Assembly (NCBI GenBank): GCA_963825135.1
Contig: CAWGRW010000009.1
Span: 896,001-960,000 of the forward strand
Direction: 5' to 3'
Source of the DNA: an uncultured bacterium
GTDB taxonomy: Bacteria; Desulfobacterota_D; UBA1144; Nemesobacterales; UBA2774
Length of the DNA: 64,000 bases
The translations under genes were made by a program, and so were the position numbers. A model generated the notes under the pieces. That model was not told where the DNA came from and searched no databases. It saw only the letters and a list, made by a program, of their open reading frames with translations. How positions within the stretch are numbered: the stretch's first letter is position 1; every line of letters begins with the position of its first letter. This document shows positions 32,278 through 42,311 of the stretch, in pieces.

Positions 32278-33032
32278 ATCGCCAGCACCTCCCCCGGTGT
32301 CTTTCTCGGAGCAACCGAAATGCGCACGTCAGTCCCGCCCCCCGTTTTCTTAAGCGCCTTTGTCGCGGACTCAAAAGCGACTTCGGGCCTGTTGTTCACC
32401 TGACTCAAATGAGCGAGGACTACGTGCTTCAGCCCGCAATGGATCAATTCCGACAAGAGCTCGGCAGCCTGGTGATTCGAAAGATGGCCCAGACGTCCCC
32501 TGATTCTCTGTTTTAAATCCCATGGGTAATGACTGTACATGAGTATGTCGTTATCATGGTTAAACTCGATTACGAGAGCGTTCGACCCCCTGAGCCGCTC
32601 CCTGACCAGCGTGGTAACAGAACCGATGTCCGTCACAACCCCTATTTTTTTCCCGCTTCCGGTCTCTATCGAGAAACCCACGGGGTCGAGCGCGTCATGA
32701 GGCACGGAGAACGGAGTTATCATCAAATCCTTTATCGTGAAGGAAGTATCCGAATCGAATTCCTGAAGCGAGTTTACTTTATCGCGCCACAGATGGGACG
32801 TGGCTCTGGCGACGTGCACCGGAAGACCTATCTTCTGTATCGCTGAAGTGTGGTCCGAATGCTCGTGGGTCACTATCACCGCATCTATATCGGACAAATG
32901 CACGTCGAGCCTGCTCAACCTAAGACCTATCTGCTTCAGGCTGATTCCCGCGTCGACGAGTACCCTTGTCTCTCCAGACTCGATATATAAGCAGTTTCCG
33001 GAGCTGCCGCTCGCTAATGTACAGATCCTCAT
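32274..33032 (-). CDS. MBL-fold metallo-hydrolase (YycJ/WalJ-like)
   Basis: LASGSSGNC, THEHSDH, VPHDA, EFNHD, GHLSN, LAHLS. Confidence 0.88.
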   Translation of the reverse strand: MRICTLASGSSGNCLYIESGETRVLVDAGISLKQIGLRLSRLDVHLSDIDAVIVTHEHSDHTSAIQKIGLPVHVARATSHLWRDKVNSLQEFDSDTSFTIKDLMITPFSVPHDALDPVGFSIETGSGKKIGVVTDIGSVTTLVRERLRGSNALVIEFNHDNDILMYSHYPWDLKQRIRGRLGHLSNHQAAELLSELIHCGLKHVVLAHLSQVNNRPEVAFESATKALKKTGGGTDVRISVAPRKTPGEVLAI

Positions 33033-33217
33033 TCGGTAACCGTCAAACTTTTTTGCCCGCCCGAGAAATCGCCGGGGTCTCTGCTTTTTAGTCTATACCG
33101 TGGAACAAAATAAAGCCTTGATGCTAAATAACAAATAATGCTTAACGTTTCCAATTTCATGTTACGCATCCGAGTTCTAAAAACCGCCGCCCTTGCCGCC
33201 CGGTAGCGGGGGCATAA

Positions 33218-34759
33218 TTAAAATTCCTTTTCTCTCTGAAGCGCGGGCTTGGGAATTATCGAATTGATAGGCGAGACCGTGCCTTTTTTACCGGAACCGT
33301 GAAAGATCGAAAGGAGTCCGGTATATAGAAACCCGAATTGAATGAGAAGAAGGAACGGGATCAAGCCGAGGTATCCCAAATAGATAGCGAGAACGGTCTG
33401 GAGCAAGAACAACACCCCGAAAACAAGCTCGATGACCGCGGTCACTTCTTTAGAAGCGACGTAGCTCCTCGAGCGCCAGTTGTCGCTGCTGGAGGTAACC
33501 GCGAATTTCGGAGTGCGTCTGAACTCCGAGTTATGTCCCAACAGCGCCTCCAGCACCGCCTTTGAGTTGTTGACCGCCATACCCGCGCCTATCGAAATCG
33601 CGAGGGGCACATACTTCAGATAGGCCAGCCAATTTTTGCCGTGCACCTCTCTCACCGTAATTATATAGAAGAGCACGAAGCTGAGCGTGCCCGCGGCGAT
33701 CGCGAATACATTCACGAATATGCCGCTGTCCCAGCCGATCTTGCTCCAGAAAAAACCCATGGGAAACATGAGCAGAAATAGGACCAGGAGGAGTAAATAC
33801 GAAATATTGCCGAAGAGATGAAAGAAGGCTTCGGACTTAATCCTGAAGGAAAGGTCATGCCTCCTGAAAATCTCGGGGAGAATTTTTATTGCGGTTTGAA
33901 CCCCTCCTTTTGCCCACCTGTGCTGCTGTGATTTAAAGGCGTTCATATCGACCGGAAGCTCCGCGTCGGCGGTCATATCCCGGAGGTAAACCAGCTTCCA
34001 TCCGGCAAGCTGGGCCCGGTAACTGAGGTCGAGGTCCTCAGTAAGCGTATCGTGCTGCCATCCGCCCGAGGTTTCGATGCATTCTTTCCTCAAAATACCG
34101 GCGGTCCCGTTGAAGTTAAAGAACATTCCGCCGTTAAACCTGGCCGTCTGCTCTATCACGAAATGTCCGTCGAGGAGTATTGCCTGAGCCCTGGTAAGGG
34201 TAGAGTAATCGAGATTGACGTGCCCCCACCTGACCTGGACCATGCCGATCCCGGGGTCGGTGAAAAAATCCACAGTATTCCTTAGAAATTCCCGGGGAGG
34301 CATGAAATCGGCGTCGAATACGGCAAGAAGCTCGCCCTTTGCCCTGAGGAGCCCCTCCCTGAGGGCGCCTGCCTTATAGCCCTCCCTGTTCTCCCTGTGA
34401 ATGTATACAATATCGATCCCAGAGTGCCTGAAATGATTTACACACCGGCTCGCGATTTCCACCGTCTTGTCCGTAGAGTCATCGAGCACCTGGATTTCCA
34501 GCAGCTCTTTCGGGTAGTCGATATTACAAACAGAGGAAATAAGCCTCTCCACCACGTACATTTCGTTATATATCGGGAGCTGGATTGTAACGACCGGAAG
34601 GTTTTGATACCTGGCTGCGGGGACGGGCTTCTTATCCTTGTTCTTACTATATATATAGGAAAGGTAATACCGGTGGAGGCCGAATATGCAAAGAAGCGTC
34701 AGCGTTACGGCATAAAGTACTGTGACAATTATTTTAGAAGCTAAAATAAAATATTCCAC
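33218..34759 (-). CDS. processive family 2 glycosyltransferase (cellulose synthase-like)
   Basis: QLPIYNE, QVLDDSTD, GYKAGAL, FDADF, TEDLDLSY, QQHRW (QxxRW); multiple TMs. Confidence 0.88.
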   Translation of the reverse strand: MEYFILASKIIVTVLYAVTLTLLCIFGLHRYYLSYIYSKNKDKKPVPAARYQNLPVVTIQLPIYNEMYVVERLISSVCNIDYPKELLEIQVLDDSTDKTVEIASRCVNHFRHSGIDIVYIHRENREGYKAGALREGLLRAKGELLAVFDADFMPPREFLRNTVDFFTDPGIGMVQVRWGHVNLDYSTLTRAQAILLDGHFVIEQTARFNGGMFFNFNGTAGILRKECIETSGGWQHDTLTEDLDLSYRAQLAGWKLVYLRDMTADAELPVDMNAFKSQQHRWAKGGVQTAIKILPEIFRRHDLSFRIKSEAFFHLFGNISYLLLLVLFLLMFPMGFFWSKIGWDSGIFVNVFAIAAGTLSFVLFYIITVREVHGKNWLAYLKYVPLAISIGAGMAVNNSKAVLEALLGHNSEFRRTPKFAVTSSSDNWRSRSYVASKEVTAVIELVFGVLFLLQTVLAIYLGYLGLIPFLLLIQFGFLYTGLLSIFHGSGKKGTVSPINSIIPKPALQREKEF

Positions 34760-34794
34760 TTCTCATTTCCTGCTGCCTTTCCTTCCGGATAGGA

Positions 34795-35961
34795 TCAGAA
34801 CTTTGCCTCTTTGAGCCTTTCTACAGCCTGGATTATTCTTTCGGTATTGAACGTGGTCGAAACACGCGCATAGCCCTCGCCGAATTTTCCGAATCCCGTT
34901 CCCGGGGTTACGACGATCCCGGTTTCCGTTAAGAGCTTCGTCGAAAAATCCTTGGAAGACAAACCTTTCGGGACTTCGAACCATACGTAAAATGTGGCCA
35001 GGGGTTTATTGTAGCTGAAACCCGCCTCGTCCAGACCCTTGCAGAAAATATCCCTCCGTTCCTGGAATATTTTTATCCTGTCATCGAGGCCGATTTTGTA
35101 ATTTTTCAAAGCTTCTATTCCGGCGACCTGAACAGCCTGAAAAGCGCCCGAATCTATATTCGTCTTAATCTTCCCGAGCCCCCCGATCGCCTTCTTGTTT
35201 CCAACAGCGAATCCTATCCTCCATCCGGTCATGTTGAAGGTCTTGGATAAAGAATGGAACTCGATACCCACGTCCTTCGCACCGTCGAACTGCAGGAAGC
35301 TGGCGGGCTTATATCCCTCGTACGCCATCTCCGTATAGGCGGCGTCGTGACATATAAGGATATTATATTTGACGGCAAAATCCACAAGTTCCTTGTAAAA
35401 CTCCCCGCCCGCTACGGCCGCCGTGGGGTTGTTCGGATAGTTCACGAACATCATCTTCGCTTTCTTTGCGATATCCTCGGGGATAGAGCCGAGATCGGGG
35501 AGAAATCCGTTCTCCTTAAGAAGCGGGACCGGAACCGGAACACCGCCCGCGAAGCTGATCGAGGTGGGGTAGACGGGGTAACCCGGGTCCGTATAGAGAC
35601 CGATGTCCCCGGGGTCAAGGAACGCCAGAGGCGTATGCGCTATCCCCTCCTTGGAACCGATCAGAGTGACCACTTCCGTTTTGGGGTCGAGATCGACTCC
35701 GAAACGCTCCTTATACCAGTCCGCGACCGCCGATCTGAACGAGAGCAGGCCTTCATAGGACGGGTATCTGTGATTTTGCGGGTCCTCGGCCGCTCTCTTC
35801 AATGCCTCGACAATGTGCCGCGGCGTAGGTATATCCGGGTCACCGACGCCTAAATCAATAATGTCCATCCCCTTTGCCCTCATTTCACTCTTCTTGGCGT
35901 CAATTTCGGCGAACAGGTAAGGCGGAAGGTCGGCGATTCTCTTCGCCCACTTCAAATCCAT
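34795..35961 (-). CDS. dapL: LL-diaminopimelate aminotransferase
   Basis: LPPYLFAEID, LGVGDPD, LIGSKEGI, NYPNNPT, EFHSLSKTFNMTGWRIG; start ATG 35961 with AAGGAG. Confidence 0.85.
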   Translation of the reverse strand: MDLKWAKRIADLPPYLFAEIDAKKSEMRAKGMDIIDLGVGDPDIPTPRHIVEALKRAAEDPQNHRYPSYEGLLSFRSAVADWYKERFGVDLDPKTEVVTLIGSKEGIAHTPLAFLDPGDIGLYTDPGYPVYPTSISFAGGVPVPVPLLKENGFLPDLGSIPEDIAKKAKMMFVNYPNNPTAAVAGGEFYKELVDFAVKYNILICHDAAYTEMAYEGYKPASFLQFDGAKDVGIEFHSLSKTFNMTGWRIGFAVGNKKAIGGLGKIKTNIDSGAFQAVQVAGIEALKNYKIGLDDRIKIFQERRDIFCKGLDEAGFSYNKPLATFYVWFEVPKGLSSKDFSTKLLTETGIVVTPGTGFGKFGEGYARVSTTFNTERIIQAVERLKEAKF

Positions 35962-36092
35962 CGGAAATTCTCCTTTGTTTCTCCCCTTTTGGGATTTTCT
36001 ATCATAACTAACCCAGCGTATTAGAGCAAGCATGAGCACTCCGGACAGCCGGTTATGCGGCTCGTCCGCGCGGCTAATACCAAAGCCGGGCG

Positions 36093-36890
36093 CTATTTAT
36101 CGTCCGATGACGATATTTCTTTGTATGCGCCGCTTATTCTCTCGAATGCTATTCTAGCCATCTCCTTCCTCGAACCATAAAGTCCCTGCCCGGTTAAATC
36201 GAGCTCCGTAATGTCAACACAGATAGACCCGAGATTAAGGAGTCTGAAGAAATGCTCGAAAAAGGTAATGTTGCCGTGAAAATAAACGAGCGGACCGCTC
36301 CCGGAATCGATATCTTTTCCGTTTATTTTTCTGTACCTGATGCATACGGGGAGCGCATCGACGCCGCACCCGTCTAACGCGGCGAGTAACGGGGTCTTAA
36401 AAGGCTTGACCTCCTCACCGTCCGATGTCGTACCTTCGGGGAATAGCACCACGTTGAGGCCCATATTTAATATATCCCTTATATTCTGCATATCTTTAAG
36501 GAGACGCGCCCTGTTCCGCCTTTCGACGAAAACACCGCCGGAGTATCTTATTATGGCTCCCAGCAGAAAAGCCTCTTTCAGCTCCGAATTCGCCACGAAA
36601 ACAGACGGAGCGACGGAGGCGATGACGAATATGTCGATATATGAGAGGTGGTTCGAAATTATAAGATAGTTTCGTTTTCCGCTGCCCAGCTTATTTATCC
36701 CTCTCGGCCTTACCTTTACACCCAGAACCTTGAGCGCCGTCCTCATGTAGAAGGAGGAAATGAGGGAGAAATACCTGAGCTTGGCCGCTTTATTTCTGAC
36801 GAGCACGTCCACACAAAAGGATATGCCGAGGAATGTGACAACCAGTATGAGAAAAGCGATGATCTTCAAGGGTTTTATTAAAAAGCCCAT
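36093..36890 (-). CDS. lysophospholipid acyltransferase (PlsC family)
   Basis: SNHLSYID, VFVER, LFPEGTTSDG. Confidence 0.88.
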   Translation of the reverse strand: MGFLIKPLKIIAFLILVVTFLGISFCVDVLVRNKAAKLRYFSLISSFYMRTALKVLGVKVRPRGINKLGSGKRNYLIISNHLSYIDIFVIASVAPSVFVANSELKEAFLLGAIIRYSGGVFVERRNRARLLKDMQNIRDILNMGLNVVLFPEGTTSDGEEVKPFKTPLLAALDGCGVDALPVCIRYRKINGKDIDSGSGPLVYFHGNITFFEHFFRLLNLGSICVDITELDLTGQGLYGSRKEMARIAFERISGAYKEISSSDDK

Positions 36891-36978
36891 ATGCGTCTTT
36901 GGCCCTTACTCCGTCAAGCGGGGCAGCTGTGATACAATTATTTATTGCCGGATATAATTTACTCCACAGATTTATAAC

Positions 36979-38133
36979 ATGGAAATGAACCCATTAGCCG
37001 AAATAATAAAATCGGAAATAAGAACTAAAGGCAGGCTGACTTTTTCCGGGTTCATGGAAATGGCGCTTTACCATGAGGAGTTCGGTTACTACACGTCCGG
37101 AGAAGCGCACATCGGTAAAGGCGGGGACTACTACACGAGCCCAAGCGTGAGTTCGGCTTTCGGCGGGGTTCTGGCGCGGTTCATTGCGAAATCACGCGGC
37201 TTGATAAGAGAGCCCGGGTTTTACGTGATCGAGTGCGGCGGGGGCTCAGGGCTCCTAGCTTCCGACATACTCGATTCGATCGAGAGGGATAACCCGGAGC
37301 TATACGAGACGATACAATACCGGATTGTAGAAAAGAACGTCCGGGCAGCGGGTGTATCGGAAGAGACGCTCCGCAAACACCTGGCAAAAGTCAGATTTAT
37401 GTCCTCTCTGTTCGAGATTGAAACCGAGCGAACCGGCGGGGTTATTTTATCGAACGAGCTCGTAGACGCGTTTCCTTTCCACAGAGTCAGATTCTCGGAC
37501 GATGCCGTTAAGGAGGTATTCGTTACCCTGAGCGGGGGCGAATTCGTGGAAATCCAGGATGAGCCGAGCTCGATTGAGCTCGCCCAATACTTCAACGGCT
37601 ATGAGACGTTTCGTGAAGGCCAGGAAGCAGAAGTAAATCTAAACGCAGGCAGGTGGCTCGGGGAGGCTGAAAAGGCGCTTGGGAAGGGCTTCATACTGAC
37701 CATAGACTACGGGTTCCTCGCGCCCGAGCTGTACAGCCCCGAAAGAATGAAGGGCACATATAAGTGCATGCACGGGCATTCGATCAGCGAGAATCCCTAC
37801 GTAAACATCGGAGAGCAGGACATCACGGCCCACGTGGATTTCAGCAACCTGATCAGGGTCGGCGAATCTCTCGGCCTCGAAACCATTAAATACACTACGC
37901 AGGGACAGTTCCTCCTCGACTGGGGCGTTCTCGATATAATGACAAGGCTATCCGAACAGGACGTCTTATCGGGCAACGAGAACCCGGGAGCGAACAAGAC
38001 CATTAAGAACCTGTTCCTTCCCGGTTCCATGGGAAACAGCTTCAAGGTGCTCTTGCAGGCGAAGGGCCTGAGCACGAGGGACGAGGGCTTCTACCCGGAA
38101 TCGCCTCTAAAATTGAGCTTCGGCGTACTCTGA
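36979..38133 (+). CDS. SAM-dependent methyltransferase, MidA/NDUFAF7 family
   Basis: FMEMALY..GYY, GDYYTSP, ECGGGSG, SNELVDAFP, IDYG, DITAHVDF. Confidence 0.88.
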   Translation: MEMNPLAEIIKSEIRTKGRLTFSGFMEMALYHEEFGYYTSGEAHIGKGGDYYTSPSVSSAFGGVLARFIAKSRGLIREPGFYVIECGGGSGLLASDILDSIERDNPELYETIQYRIVEKNVRAAGVSEETLRKHLAKVRFMSSLFEIETERTGGVILSNELVDAFPFHRVRFSDDAVKEVFVTLSGGEFVEIQDEPSSIELAQYFNGYETFREGQEAEVNLNAGRWLGEAEKALGKGFILTIDYGFLAPELYSPERMKGTYKCMHGHSISENPYVNIGEQDITAHVDFSNLIRVGESLGLETIKYTTQGQFLLDWGVLDIMTRLSEQDVLSGNENPGANKTIKNLFLPGSMGNSFKVLLQAKGLSTRDEGFYPESPLKLSFGVL

Positions 38134-38229
38134 CATCCTCCTTGCCCTCCGATAGAAACACAACTGATTTTATTTTGATACGCCGCTGCTGACTATGCAG
38201 GGCAATTGATACCCGCCTGAAAAAAACCC

Positions 38230-38280
38230 TTGACAATAATCTCTGAATAACATATTATTAGAACTGACTGGTCGGTACTA
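38230..38280 (+). promoter_or_regulatory. sigma70 promoter plus TetR operator palindrome
   Basis: TTGACA (38230-35), 17 nt, TATTAT (38253-58), then tagaactgactggtcggtacta (38259-80; 16/22 self-complementary). Confidence 0.7.
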
Positions 38281-38301
38281 ATTGGTGGGGGGCAGCCGAA
38301 A

Positions 38302-38883
38302 TTGAATAAAAGCAAAGAAAGATTACTCGCAAGCGCGAAAGAGCTCATCCACGAAAACGGCTTTCAGCAAACTTCTGTCGATGAGATACTTAAAAAGAGC
38401 GGTGTAACAAAAAGCAATTTCTACTATCACTTCAAAAGCAAAGAAGAACTAGGGCTGGTAATACTTGAAAGATTCATAAGCCTCTACGAAACTGACGTAT
38501 TGATTAAGACTCTCGCCAATAAATCCCTCGGCCCATCAGAGAGACTTGTCGAATTCTATAGCTCAGTCAAAACGTTCCACCGGGACTTACAGAACCCCAA
38601 GGGGTGCCCTTTTGGAAATATGGCGATTGAAATGAGCGGAGCAAACGAAAATTTCAGAGAAAAGCTTTCGGCATTTTTTAACTCCTGGGAGAAGATAATC
38701 GAAGAATGCATAGACGAGGGTATAAACACTGGGGATTTCCGCAGCGATCTTTCCCCGGGAGCGATCGCGCAATTGATACTTTCCCACCTGGAAGGCGCGA
38801 TAATGATGGTCAAAACACACAGGTCACTAGAACCGCTTTCTTCGGGAAGCGAGACAATACTAAGGCTTTTAAAAGCTGCCTGA
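38302..38883 (+). CDS. TetR/AcrR family regulator (NemR/LmrA-like)
   Basis: GFQQTSVDEIL..SGVTKSNFYYHFKSKEEL HTH; GCPFGN; LEGA. Confidence 0.9.
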   Translation: MNKSKERLLASAKELIHENGFQQTSVDEILKKSGVTKSNFYYHFKSKEELGLVILERFISLYETDVLIKTLANKSLGPSERLVEFYSSVKTFHRDLQNPKGCPFGNMAIEMSGANENFREKLSAFFNSWEKIIEECIDEGINTGDFRSDLSPGAIAQLILSHLEGAIMMVKTHRSLEPLSSGSETILRLLKAA

Positions 38884-38905
38884 TATATATCAAAGGAGGT
38901 GCATT

Positions 38906-39610
38906 ATGTCGGAATATATGTTCAAAAGTGAAATTTCAGGTGATATGGCCCATTTCAAGGAATTAAACCCGGAGCTCCACGGGGCGTGGATGAATCTTCA
39001 CAACGGGGTATTCGAGGACGGCGCCCTCTCACAGAAGGAAAAACAGCTTATAGCAGTTGCCGGGGCTCATATAACGAGATGCCCTTACTGCATAAGATCG
39101 AGGGTCAGGCTATCCAAGAACCTGGGCGCCTCGGACCAGGAGATCATCGAATCGATCTACGTCGCACTCCGCTTCGCCATGGGCGGACCCTACGCTTATT
39201 CAACCATAGCTTTTGAAGCCCACGACGCTCTTGAGCACAATATCCCGCTCACGGAAGGACATTTCTTCAAAAAAGATGTTACCAAAGAGATAAACGAATT
39301 CAGCAAGTGCAGCGGAGCTAATTCGGAAGCCTTTAAGGAGTTCACTAAAAAGGTTTTCGCCGAGGGCGCGCTCAGTAGAGACTTCAAAAGAGGGTTAATG
39401 GGCCTGGCCTGCGCACACATGACCAAGTGTCCTTATTGCATCAGAGGCTGCGTGAAGGACGCGAGGAGCGGAGGGATATCTAAAGAGCAAATGGCCGAGG
39501 CTATAAATGTCGCAATGGTCATGTCGGCAGGCGCCTGTTTCGCTCATACCAGCATTGCGATGGATACACTCGCCGGCCTCGGCGAAAAGAGTAAAGTGAT
39601 GGCAAAATAA
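38906..39610 (+). CDS. tandem carboxymuconolactone decarboxylase/AhpD-like protein
   Basis: two homologous halves: VFEDGALS..AHITRCPYCI and VFAEGALS..AHMTKCPYCI. Confidence 0.85.
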   Translation: MSEYMFKSEISGDMAHFKELNPELHGAWMNLHNGVFEDGALSQKEKQLIAVAGAHITRCPYCIRSRVRLSKNLGASDQEIIESIYVALRFAMGGPYAYSTIAFEAHDALEHNIPLTEGHFFKKDVTKEINEFSKCSGANSEAFKEFTKKVFAEGALSRDFKRGLMGLACAHMTKCPYCIRGCVKDARSGGISKEQMAEAINVAMVMSAGACFAHTSIAMDTLAGLGEKSKVMAK

Positions 39611-39826
39611 ACGCCGGACTGATTTGTTACCGAACACACACAAATTAAAAGCATAATCCGATGATAGTTGCAACAACTTAACCCATACAGAGACGCCGGT
39701 GGTTGCACCCGGCGTTTCCGTATCATGCCGGACCAGCCGCGACTCGCAACCTCTAACCCTCAGAAATCACAGAACAATTAGCAAACAATAGCGGCATATA
39801 TGCCGATATGGTAATTTATCCTATAT

Positions 39827-41233
39827 ATGAGCAGGCCGTTATTACCGAGCGAAGATACGATTGCCGCAATAGCGACCCCGCAGGGTAACGGCGGCATTGC
39901 AATAATCAGGATAAGCGGATCGGCATCGCTCCGGACTATCAAACAAATTTTTAGATACGGACGAGAAGATGCCGATTCTGAGGATATGGATTCCCACCGC
40001 TTCTATCACGGACGCATACTGGACCACCGTACAAACGACCTGGTCGATGAAGTTCTCTGCGTTTTAATGAAGTCTCCAAATTCATTTACCGGAGAAGATG
40101 TCGTCGAGATCCACTCACACGGCGGGAACCTCGTGCCAAAGAAGATCCTCGATATACTGTTCAGCCTGGGCCTCAGGCCCGCAAACCCGGGAGAATTCTC
40201 GCTCCGGGCCTACGTGAACGGAAAAATGGACTTGGCTCAGGCTGAAGCCGTATCGGATATCATCAACGCCCGGACAGAAGAGGGTTTAAAACAGGCAGAG
40301 CTCCAGCTTGAAGGGGTGCTGTCGAAGAAGATCGGGGTATTCAAGGATACAGCCCTTGATATCACGGCCGAGATAGAAGCCCAGGTGGATTTCCCCGAGG
40401 ACGAAATAGACCCGATCATCAGAGATAAATTGATAGAAAGCATAAATAGCCTGATTTCAGGCATTTCCGAGCTCTTAAACACATACGAGGAAGGCCGGAT
40501 TATCAAACACGGGGTCAAAACAGCCATACTCGGAAAGCCGAACGTAGGAAAATCGAGCCTCCTGAACATGCTTTTGATGAGAGACAGGGCGATTGTCAGC
40601 CCCCACCCCGGCACAACAAGGGATTTTATAGAGGAATGTCTGGACGTAAGAGGGATTCCGCTAGTATTGATAGATACCGCTGGTATCAGAAAAACCACGG
40701 ATGAGATAGAACACGCGGGCGTAAGCCTCGCGAAAAAAAAGGCGGAAGAGGCGGAGCTGCTGCTCGTGGTGCTCGACGGAAGCAGTGAGCTCGATACGGA
40801 CGACCTGGAGGTATTAGAAGGTGTTGAAGACAAAAGAGCGGTCTTTATACTCAACAAATCCGATAAAGGGCTCAAATTGAAGGCGGAAACACTCCCCCGC
40901 ACGGTCAATCAGGAAAGAATCATTCGGACCTCTGCCAAGCTGGGCACCGGGGTGGAAGAGCTCAAGGATTCGATCAGGATGCTGCTCATCGGCGAGAATA
41001 GCCAAACAGACGGCAGCGAGATCATTCTCACGGAGCTCAGGCATAAACTTGCCCTTGAATCCGCGTCCAATAGCCTGAAATCATTTCTGGCGCTTCTGGA
41101 AAGAGGCGAATCGCCGGAATTCCTAGCAATCGAGCTCCGGGCCGCCCTGGATTCTCTCGGCGAGATCACCGGGGAAGTGACAACTGAGGATATCCTGGGC
41201 AGAATTTTCAGTAAATTTTGCATTGGCAAATAG
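39827..41233 (+). CDS. mnmE: tRNA modification GTPase MnmE
   Basis: DTIAAIATP, SFTGEDVVEI, GKPNVGKSSL, GTTRD, DTAGIR, C-terminal FSKFCIGK. Confidence 0.97.
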   Translation: MSRPLLPSEDTIAAIATPQGNGGIAIIRISGSASLRTIKQIFRYGREDADSEDMDSHRFYHGRILDHRTNDLVDEVLCVLMKSPNSFTGEDVVEIHSHGGNLVPKKILDILFSLGLRPANPGEFSLRAYVNGKMDLAQAEAVSDIINARTEEGLKQAELQLEGVLSKKIGVFKDTALDITAEIEAQVDFPEDEIDPIIRDKLIESINSLISGISELLNTYEEGRIIKHGVKTAILGKPNVGKSSLLNMLLMRDRAIVSPHPGTTRDFIEECLDVRGIPLVLIDTAGIRKTTDEIEHAGVSLAKKKAEEAELLLVVLDGSSELDTDDLEVLEGVEDKRAVFILNKSDKGLKLKAETLPRTVNQERIIRTSAKLGTGVEELKDSIRMLLIGENSQTDGSEIILTELRHKLALESASNSLKSFLALLERGESPEFLAIELRAALDSLGEITGEVTTEDILGRIFSKFCIGK

Positions 41234-41245
41234 GGCTTTATGGAA

Positions 41246-41261
41246 TGTTTCACGTGAAACA
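41246..41261. other. parS: parS centromere-like site
   Basis: TGTTTCACGTGAAACA, perfect match to the ParB-binding consensus. Confidence 0.92.
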
Positions 41262-41411
41262 TCCACAATTGTGGATAAATATCTACACATTTGTTAAGGG
41301 CTCGTTAAGGTAGATTAATCAATAATTACAGTTAGATATGCGCTTTTTGTCGAATTCTCTCCGATTTTTATCCACAATCCTTCCACGTTTTTTCAATTTT
41401 TCTTTATTTTC
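41259..41411. other. DnaA-box cluster / candidate oriC
   Basis: perfect boxes TGTGGATAA (41270-78) and TTATCCACA (41368-76); degenerate boxes at 41259, 41279, 41379; T-rich tract 41388-41410. Confidence 0.6.
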
Positions 41412-41459
41412 AGGAGGTTGAGAAAACGGGGCGCCGATTCCCGATTTTTAGCTGTAATT

Positions 41460-42269
41460 TTATACCCATCCGAGCTTTGTCTGAAGGAGTTTCTTTATAC
41501 CTTCATAGAGCTCGTTATTAAGAGGAAGCGGGGCCTCTCCCAATTGGGATAGAAGAACGGATCCGGCAAGTGAGTTCGTCAGAAAGGCAAAACTTGAGCC
41601 GACCATATGTTCGGGTTGATACCCCCCCTCCTCCGTCCTTAAACCCAATTCATGAATGAATTGTATTAGCAGAGCGCGCACGATCCCCGGCAGGATGCCT
41701 GACCCGATGGATGGAGTATATAGAATATTATTCTTCGCCCAGAATATATTTCCCGAAGTGGCCTCGGTAATCTCCCCCCTTTCGTTAAGAAACACGGACT
41801 CGTTATATCCCGATCGGTCAGCCTCCCTCCTGGCTACCACATTCTCCAGGTAATTCAGGGATTTAATGCTTTGAATTGGGGATTCCGAGCTCCGTTTATA
41901 GGGATAGACGGATGCTTTTACCGGCTCTTTACGCACCGCATAATCCCTGATGAGTATCGCTATGTCCCCCTTTGCAGGAATATCGTAATAATTCAGGCTC
42001 CCGTCCGAAAGGACGCATATCTTTACGTAAGCGTCTGACAGCCCCGAATCGATTACCGCTTTTTTCACAAGCTCGATCATCGATTCCTTATCTATTAACG
42101 GGATTTGAAGCAGCCGTGCGCCAGCCTTCATGCGCTCATAATGCATGTCGAAAAATAGCGGCATGCGGTTGTTATACCGAAAGGTTTCGAAGAAGCCTTC
42201 GCCAAAGAAAAGCGCCCGGAGCGGAATCTCCGTCGGGGCCCTATCGCCGTTTATAAACACCTGTTCCAA
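41460..42269 (-). CDS. pabC: aminodeoxychorismate lyase / class IV aminotransferase
   Basis: GEGFFETFR, IKSLNY, ITEATSGNIF, ILPGIVR, FLTNS; directly downstream of pabB-like gene. Confidence 0.78.
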   Translation of the reverse strand: MEQVFINGDRAPTEIPLRALFFGEGFFETFRYNNRMPLFFDMHYERMKAGARLLQIPLIDKESMIELVKKAVIDSGLSDAYVKICVLSDGSLNYYDIPAKGDIAILIRDYAVRKEPVKASVYPYKRSSESPIQSIKSLNYLENVVARREADRSGYNESVFLNERGEITEATSGNIFWAKNNILYTPSIGSGILPGIVRALLIQFIHELGLRTEEGGYQPEHMVGSSFAFLTNSLAGSVLLSQLGEAPLPLNNELYEGIKKLLQTKLGWV

Positions 42270-42311
42270 AACAATATTTCCTTTATATATTCACTTTATC
42301 AGATGATATTA

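Noticed and set aside
41315..41332. IHF site within the candidate oriC (aatcaataattac)
   Set aside because: It matches WATCAA but not the N4-TTR half exactly, so it is too weak to call.
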